From NCBI RefSeq assembly GCF_000018105.1, contig NC_009925.1, positions 3,930,001 through 3,962,000 on the forward strand: a stretch of 32,000 bases of DNA, given 5' to 3'. Numbering within the stretch: position 1 is the stretch's first letter; each line of letters starts with the position of its first letter. The notes under the pieces were generated by a model. The model ran no database searches. It saw only the letters and a program-made list of their open reading frames with translations, and was not told the DNA's origin. Of this stretch, positions 26,565 to 32,000 are shown in pieces. Origin of the DNA: Acaryochloris marina MBIC11017 (GTDB lineage: Bacteria; Cyanobacteriota; Cyanobacteriia; Thermosynechococcales; Thermosynechococcaceae). Position numbers and translations under genes: made by a program.

Positions 26565-29480
26565 TTATTTTGTATTCGGTTGGTACCTACCTTCTTCAGT
26601 CAGACTGATTTGGCCTTGGGTGACTAAGTTCTCGATGATGGGTTCGCAGCGATCGCATAGCAAGGGATGCTGTTTAGACCTACCGACATAGGTGGAGTAA
26701 TTCCAGCAGCGATCGCATTTCTTGCCATCCGCCGTAACAACACCCACACCCAAGGTTTCAGACTGAAACTGATACATTAATCGATCTAAATTTTTAGGTG
26801 TCTCCAGCAATTCCACCTGGGAAGCCAAAAATAGGTATCGTAACTCATCCACATTATTTGAACCCCCACCAGTAGAAGGATTCATGGCGTCTAGCTGTTG
26901 ACGCAAGTCCGTATCACTCACATACAGCAATACCTTCGCCTCCAAAGACGAACCGATCTCTTTTTCTGTCCGAGCCTGCTCCAGCACCTTATTCACCTCT
27001 TGGCGAATCTCTCGCAGCACAATCCAGTGGCTAGCCAGGTCAGGATTATGCCACTGATCTTCTAATCGCATCCACCCGGAGGCAAACACCGATTGATGCT
27101 CTGTTTCATAGGGCAAGGACTGCCAGATGTCCTCTGCCATATGGGAAAGCACCGGAGCAATGGCGCGAGCTAGATTTTCTAGGGCAATGGCTAAAACCGT
27201 CTGACAACTTCGCCGTCGCTGGGCATTCGGCTCACTGATATAGAGACGATCTTTAGCAATATCGAGGTAGAAGTTGGACAGATCGACTACACAGAAATTC
27301 TGCACCGTCTGGAAGAAGCGGAAGAACTGGAAGCTTTCAAAAGCTTCTGTCACGTCGGTAAATACTTCCGTGATCCGATGCAGCATATAGCGATCGAGCT
27401 GGGGTAAGTCTTCGTAGGCCACCGCATCTTGAGCTGGGTCAAAGTCATGGAGGTTACCTAGCAAAAACCGAGAGGTATTGCGGATCTTACGGTAGACATC
27501 CGCCATTTGCTTGAGGATATTTTTGCCCAAAGGCACGTCGGAGGCATAATCCACGGAAGACACCCAGAGGCGCAGGACATCAGCTCCATAAGGCGGATCT
27601 TGCTTTTGGTTTTTGCCCCCTGCAATAACGATGGCCGGATCCACCACATTACCGATGGATTTACTCATCTTGCGACCCTGCTCATCCAGGACAAAGCCGT
27701 GGGTTAGAACAGTTTTGTAGGGGGCATGGCCGTTGGTGGCCACGCTGGTGAGGATACTGGACTGGAACCAACCCCGATGCTGATCCGACCCTTCTAGGTA
27801 CATCTCCGCTGGATACTTCAACGGCTCCCGCTGATCGCAGACCGCCGCCCAGGAGGATCCAGAATCGAACCAGACATCCATGGTATCGGTACCTTTGCGA
27901 TAGGTATTGCCATCGCTGCGATAGGGTTCGGGCAAGAGTTCGTCGTTGTCGAGTTCCCACCAGGCATCAGAGCCCTTCTCCGCTACAATCCCTTGGATAT
28001 GATTAACCGTGGCTTCATTTAGGAGAGGCTCTCCCGTGGCATCGTTATAGAACACTGGAATGGGTACACCCCAATTGCGCTGGCGGGAGATACACCAGTC
28101 CGATCGCTCCGACACCATAGATGTGATCCGGTTTTCTCCTTGGGCGGGAATCCAGTTTACGGTTGCGATCGCATCCAATACCGCCTCTCTAAACCCATCT
28201 ACAGAGGCAAACCACTGCTCCGTCGCCCGCAAGATCACTGGCTTTTTGGTCCGCCAATCGTAAGGATATTTGTGGGCATAGCTTTCTTCTTTTAACAAAG
28301 CACCTGCCGACTGCAATGCCTCAATTACCGCTTCATTACCACCATTTAAGACATTCAACCCAGCAAAAGGACCTGCTTCATCGGTAAACGTGCCATCACC
28401 ATCCACTGGAGACAGCATCGCTAAACCATACTGCTGCCCTACTTGATAGTCCTCTTGACCATGACCCGGTGCGGTATGCACCAGTCCCGTTCCTGATTCT
28501 GTGGTCACATAGTCGCCTAAGACCAAGGGACCTTCTCGCTCAAACAGTGGGTGCTGGTAGGTGGAATTTTCTAGGGCTTTACCAGGGAGGGTCTTGATTA
28601 CTTTAAAGGAGGACTCCAAGGTTTCCGTCAAGGTCTCCACCAAGTCTTCCGCCACAATCAGATAATCTTCGCCTGCCTTCACCACTGCATAGGTAAGGTC
28701 AGGATTTAAACTAACCGCTAAATTTCCTGGAATCGTCCAAGGCGTCGTCGTCCAGATTGCAACCTTTAGGGTGGGTAAATACTCATCGAGTAAAGGCTGA
28801 GCAGTTTCCGACAACCCAGTCACCTTAAACGTGACATAGATACTGCGAGAGGTATGACCTTCTGGATATTCCAGCTCGGCTTCGGCTAAGGCTGTTTGTG
28901 AACTGGGACTCCAATAGACGGGCTTAAATCCGCGATAGATATATCCTTTAAGAGCCATTTTGCCGAAGACACCAATCTGAGCGGCTTCATACTCTGGCTT
29001 TAGTGTGAGGTACGGGTTTTCCCAATTTCCCCAAACCCCATACCGCTGGAAGCTCTTGCTCTGCTTCTCAACAGTTTTTAGAGCAAAGTCCCGAGCCTTC
29101 CACCGCAATTTCAGTGGCGTCAGCTTGGCCCGATTCTCAGGTTGGATATTTTGCAGCACCTTTAGCTCAATGGGTAAGCCATGGCAGTCCCAACCTGGCA
29201 CATAGCGAACTTTGCGACCCTGTAAGAGCTGGAATTTATTGATGGTATCTTTGAGAATCTTGTTGAGGGCATGACCAATGTGTAGATCGCCGTTGGCATA
29301 GGGTGGCCCATCATGGAGTACAAACACATCTCCAGGATTATTCTGGGACAGGTTCTCGTAAATCTGGTGGTCAGCCCAAAACTTTTGTAGTTCAGGTTCG
29401 CGCTTCACCGCATTGGCGCGCATATCAAACTTGGTTTTGGGGAGATTTACGGTCTTTTTATAGCGTCCGGGTTCTGTCAC
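26565..29480 (-). CDS. ileS: Isoleucine--tRNA ligase
   Basis: It has the class I HIGH motif (PYANGDLHIGHA), KMSKS, an editing-domain region and a C-terminal Zn ribbon (CDRCW...CDRCE). It starts at GTG with the conserved N-terminus YKKTVNLPKTKFDMRAN. 971 aa. Confidence 0.95.
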   Translation of the reverse strand: MTEPGRYKKTVNLPKTKFDMRANAVKREPELQKFWADHQIYENLSQNNPGDVFVLHDGPPYANGDLHIGHALNKILKDTINKFQLLQGRKVRYVPGWDCHGLPIELKVLQNIQPENRAKLTPLKLRWKARDFALKTVEKQSKSFQRYGVWGNWENPYLTLKPEYEAAQIGVFGKMALKGYIYRGFKPVYWSPSSQTALAEAELEYPEGHTSRSIYVTFKVTGLSETAQPLLDEYLPTLKVAIWTTTPWTIPGNLAVSLNPDLTYAVVKAGEDYLIVAEDLVETLTETLESSFKVIKTLPGKALENSTYQHPLFEREGPLVLGDYVTTESGTGLVHTAPGHGQEDYQVGQQYGLAMLSPVDGDGTFTDEAGPFAGLNVLNGGNEAVIEALQSAGALLKEESYAHKYPYDWRTKKPVILRATEQWFASVDGFREAVLDAIATVNWIPAQGENRITSMVSERSDWCISRQRNWGVPIPVFYNDATGEPLLNEATVNHIQGIVAEKGSDAWWELDNDELLPEPYRSDGNTYRKGTDTMDVWFDSGSSWAAVCDQREPLKYPAEMYLEGSDQHRGWFQSSILTSVATNGHAPYKTVLTHGFVLDEQGRKMSKSIGNVVDPAIVIAGGKNQKQDPPYGADVLRLWVSSVDYASDVPLGKNILKQMADVYRKIRNTSRFLLGNLHDFDPAQDAVAYEDLPQLDRYMLHRITEVFTDVTEAFESFQFFRFFQTVQNFCVVDLSNFYLDIAKDRLYISEPNAQRRRSCQTVLAIALENLARAIAPVLSHMAEDIWQSLPYETEHQSVFASGWMRLEDQWHNPDLASHWIVLREIRQEVNKVLEQARTEKEIGSSLEAKVLLYVSDTDLRQQLDAMNPSTGGGSNNVDELRYLFLASQVELLETPKNLDRLMYQFQSETLGVGVVTADGKKCDRCWNYSTYVGRSKQHPLLCDRCEPIIENLVTQGQISLTEEGRYQPNTK

Positions 29481-29613
29481 AATTTCTAGCCAATACAGCA
29501 GAGAACATCAACAAGTCATTCAGACATTATCAACGAGATCTCAACGATGCTTCAACTTTTCGTCTATAGATTTGACGTTTTCTCGAGAAAGTGCGCATTG
29601 GCAAGGATTGTGA

Positions 29614-31254
29614 CTACCCTGGATTTAAGATCTCATTTGTAGAGAGCGTCTTAGATAAGTTGAGCTGGAGTTTCCCGTTTCTCAAAGTCGCAACGAACTC
29701 AGGCGATAAATAGATTTGGTATGTCCTATCCGCTGTAATATGCCGTTTCATAAAAGCGACACTCAACGCGGATAGGTATGCTTTAGCCGCAGCAGGAGAG
29801 GGACCTGCAAGTCCTTGGAACTCAGGTGGTGAGTCATTGGGCTGATCGGCATCAATGGTGGAAAAATGGGTGCCTCCCTTCATCAAGACAAAATATTTAT
29901 CTGTCGCGGTTAGCCATGTAAACGGAGTGGCCTGTTCTAGGAGTGATGGTGACACCTTGTCGGCACTGCCGGATACAAACATAACTGGCGTTTGGATTTG
30001 GCTAAGCGTCTCACCCAACACGCTACTCGTGACTGGATTGATGGCGATTGCCCCTTTAATCCGAGGATCTGCTAGCTCATATCGTTGTTGAGGTAGCTTG
30101 ATCACTTGGCACTGGAGTATTAAGGAGATATTGATCGTGTCTTTGAGCCGTGACCCACAATCTTGCTGGAGCTGCTCAAAATTGATCGTTGCCCCTGCTA
30201 AGGCTAGTGCTGTATATCCGCCAAAAGACTGGCCAATCACGCCAACCTGGTCTAGATTTAACTGCCCTTGAAGCATTGGATCAGAGGTTGATAACCTTTC
30301 CAGCTCATCCAATATAAACTGCACATCTAAGGGGCGATCTAGAAATTCTGTTGGTTGGGTGACCTCTTTCACTCGCCCTAGCATCAGGGCTTGGAGCTGG
30401 TTGGTATTGCTGCCGATATGTTCTGGCATGACCACCACAAATCCATAAGACGCGAGATGTTCGGCTAAATAGCCATAAGAGTCGCGATTGGAGTTCAGGC
30501 CATGAGAAATCACAACAATCGGTTTGGGCTGGGGACTGGCGGTTTGCGGTAGATAGAGATCAATGGGGAACTGACGGGACTGCCCGGTTAGGTTCTGCCG
30601 TGTGGGACTTTGATCTGATAACGTGAGGGTCGTTTGTTGCCAGGAAAATTGTCCCGGCTGAGTTAAGGCAGCTCCGGTTGGGTTACCCGTGGGACGAGCA
30701 GGGGTCTGCTTCTCCAATGTCTCAATCAAGGTATTCGTTTGTCGAATTAAGCCACGTATTTGAGAGAAAATGGCTAACCCTTCATCCAGATCTATCTTCA
30801 GACCTTGGATAGGATAGTGCTTTAAAAAGTTCAGAACCGTAAGTCCCTCTGGATCAGCCGCCGCAACAATGAGTGCGCCTCTAAGAGCATAAAACCCACC
30901 TTGATTGGATTTGGGCCGAATGACTTTGGCGATGCGACGCACCATTAACTCGCCAATATCTGAATAGAGAAATTGCGATACGGCACCGGGAGAAATGGCT
31001 AGCTGTTGCTGTAGTGCATTTTGGAGGAAGGGGCGTTGCTCAGGACTGATATAGCGAGCATAGGGAATAAAATCTCCCGTGATGCGTCCTGTTTCAGCGA
31101 AGGTTTCTAAAGACTCAACTGAGACCGATTGCTCAAAGGAGAGAAACGAGGCAAAAATGCGTTCGGCACCTCTAGCAGGCTTGGGATGGACATGAACGGA
31201 CAGCCAAACGGCTGAGCCAACCGCTAGTCCTAGTTTTGCAACACGCTTGAGCAT
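29614..31254 (-). CDS. Secreted alpha/beta hydrolase with an N-terminal DUF1400-like domain
   Basis: After a signal peptide comes a DUF1400-like region (VSVESLETFAETGRITGDF...YSDIGELMV). The hydrolase core has the nucleophile elbow GQSFGGY, the acid SGSADKV and the His GGTHFS. Confidence 0.8.
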   Translation of the reverse strand: MLKRVAKLGLAVGSAVWLSVHVHPKPARGAERIFASFLSFEQSVSVESLETFAETGRITGDFIPYARYISPEQRPFLQNALQQQLAISPGAVSQFLYSDIGELMVRRIAKVIRPKSNQGGFYALRGALIVAAADPEGLTVLNFLKHYPIQGLKIDLDEGLAIFSQIRGLIRQTNTLIETLEKQTPARPTGNPTGAALTQPGQFSWQQTTLTLSDQSPTRQNLTGQSRQFPIDLYLPQTASPQPKPIVVISHGLNSNRDSYGYLAEHLASYGFVVVMPEHIGSNTNQLQALMLGRVKEVTQPTEFLDRPLDVQFILDELERLSTSDPMLQGQLNLDQVGVIGQSFGGYTALALAGATINFEQLQQDCGSRLKDTINISLILQCQVIKLPQQRYELADPRIKGAIAINPVTSSVLGETLSQIQTPVMFVSGSADKVSPSLLEQATPFTWLTATDKYFVLMKGGTHFSTIDADQPNDSPPEFQGLAGPSPAAAKAYLSALSVAFMKRHITADRTYQIYLSPEFVATLRNGKLQLNLSKTLSTNEILNPG

Positions 31255-31394
31255 ATGATCTACCCTGTAAACCTTCCCTCAATTCGTTCAAGAGCATATC
31301 AAATTCGGCCCTTTTCATCCTCTGCCCTTAATTTTGGAGGAATCCTAAAGGGAATGATTTAGGCTAACGGAATGATACTTCTCTTTGATTTAGA

Positions 31395-32000
31395 TCAATT
31401 CCAGTTGCCCACCATCGTAAAGGAAGACCAATAGTAGGGATGGGTAAACTCCACTTCCCCCCGTTCCGCGAAAATAGCGGGTAGGGCGATTTGTGAGCCA
31501 TCTGCCAAGACCAATTGGGCATCATCGGTGACGCGAACTTGTCCCTGCAACATGGCGATTTGGGCCTGTCGCAGGGCCGCGGACTTGATCGGAGCCGTTT
31601 TCAAGTTCTGATAAAATCCCGTCATCAGCCCTAGGGTCCCTTCATCGCTGACAAACCACAGACTTCCTAATGCCGACTTAACCCCAGATTGAATTGCTAA
31701 GCCTGTAAAGCCCAGCTCTGCATCCGTATTACCCAGAGCGGTTTGACAGGCACTAAGAACTAGCAGTTCTACGGTAGGTGTGCCACTCCATTTGGATTGG
31801 GTCGCAACCTCGCGCAAGTCTTTCAGGGTCAGCTTGCCGTCCCAAAGCTGGATAAACGACTTATCGATCTTGCCAGGGTTGAACTCAGCATGGGTCGCCA
31901 AGTGGATAATGTCGAACTGCTGTTGCTGGGTGAACTTCTTGAGATTGTCTAGGGTGACATCTGGATCGAGATAGGCTGATCCTTGCCAAATATTTTCAGT
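31395..32000 (-). CDS. CHAT-domain (caspase-like) protein, C-terminal part; 5' end lies outside the window
   Basis: The reading frame stays open to position 32000, and the track's M at 31901 is an internal TTG (Leu). The catalytic dyad contexts are FDIIHLATHAEF (His) and LLVLSACQTALG (Cys). The C-terminus is HPYYWSSFTMVGNW. Confidence 0.85.
   Translation of the reverse strand, partial: TENIWQGSAYLDPDVTLDNLKKFTQQQQFDIIHLATHAEFNPGKIDKSFIQLWDGKLTLKDLREVATQSKWSGTPTVELLVLSACQTALGNTDAELGFTGLAIQSGVKSALGSLWFVSDEGTLGLMTGFYQNLKTAPIKSAALRQAQIAMLQGQVRVTDDAQLVLADGSQIALPAIFAERGEVEFTHPYYWSSFTMVGNWN

Noticed and set aside
1060-28172. There are 17 copies of the HIP1 octamer GCGATCGC, starting at 1060, 1173, 1559, 2282, 5420, 11069, 11863, 16947, 18338, 19056, 22875, 24994, 25371, 26123, 26649, 26709 and 28165. 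The helicase/coiled-coil region (12098-15285) contains none, which I considered as evidence for foreign origin.
   Set aside because: HIP1 enrichment is a well-known cyanobacterial genome signature and not novel. Comparable HIP1-free gaps occur over clearly native genes (5420-11069 including psbV/petJ; 28165-32000). The absence across 3.2 kb is therefore not statistically meaningful.
19-29569. Many 60-120-aa ORFs in the track lie antisense to or nested within the large genes. Examples are 19-207, 358-594, 1166-1399, 3628-3907, 5374-5804, 9361-9576, 9660-9914, 10265-10561, 10665-10955, 11148-11486, 12661-12852, 13856-14726, 22967-23561, 24194-25553, 25923-26158, 27458-29569 and 29855-30091.
   Set aside because: All overlap longer ORFs that have strong family signatures. 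Their translations are low-complexity or Arg/Ser/Pro-rich, as expected for shadow frames. None shows a motif.
1-32000. I searched by eye for CRISPR arrays, rRNA/tRNA genes, transposases, integrases, restriction-modification genes and classical toxin-antitoxin pairs.
   Set aside because: None was found. All long ORFs are intact, with no frameshifted or pseudogene-like fragments, and there are no repeat-spacer periodicities outside coding repeats.

Overview
This window is a cyanobacterial chromosomal segment. The 8-mer HIP1 palindrome GCGATCGC occurs 17 times, against about 0.5 expected by chance, and the gene content is photosynthetic. I saw no rRNA or tRNA genes, CRISPR arrays, transposases or integrases. 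In order, the genes are ccmP (carboxysome BMC-T shell protein), an HI0933-type flavoprotein and ferredoxin-sulfite reductase. A 1.1-kb ORF-poor spacer follows, then accD, a small conserved protein and the psbV-psbV2-petJ c-type cytochrome cluster. Next come a ChaN-like lipoprotein, an ABM monooxygenase-fold protein, an SDR and a secreted tandem Tudor-like protein. A minus-strand string follows, transcribed in the order clpS, DUF2103-like gene, a 761-aa RelE/ParE-like + SF1-helicase fusion, a translationally coupled tail-anchored coiled-coil protein, and a bacterial Trm1-like methyltransferase. After that come Ap4A phosphorylase, an HLIP gene with an HLR1 (RpaB-type) box, a pentapeptide-repeat protein and a GNAT. 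An AT-rich-bounded block carries COP23, a secreted S1 protease-TPR protein and a lipoxygenase. The window ends with ACT-malic enzyme, a membrane protein, ileS, a DUF1400 alpha/beta hydrolase and the 3' part of a CHAT (caspase-like) protein. The best candidate for an undescribed system is the overlapping gene pair at 12098-15285. It combines a RelE-fold/SF1 ATPase fusion with a Gln-rich membrane-anchored coiled coil. Secondary curiosities are the lipoxygenase and its structured leader, the COP23/S1-TPR pair, the periplasmic tandem Tudor-like protein, a ribbon-helix-helix-like tail on sulfite reductase, and the ORF-poor spacer with two tiny coupled ORFs and a 29-nt perfect palindrome. All family assignments come from motif and pattern recognition by eye; no searches were run.
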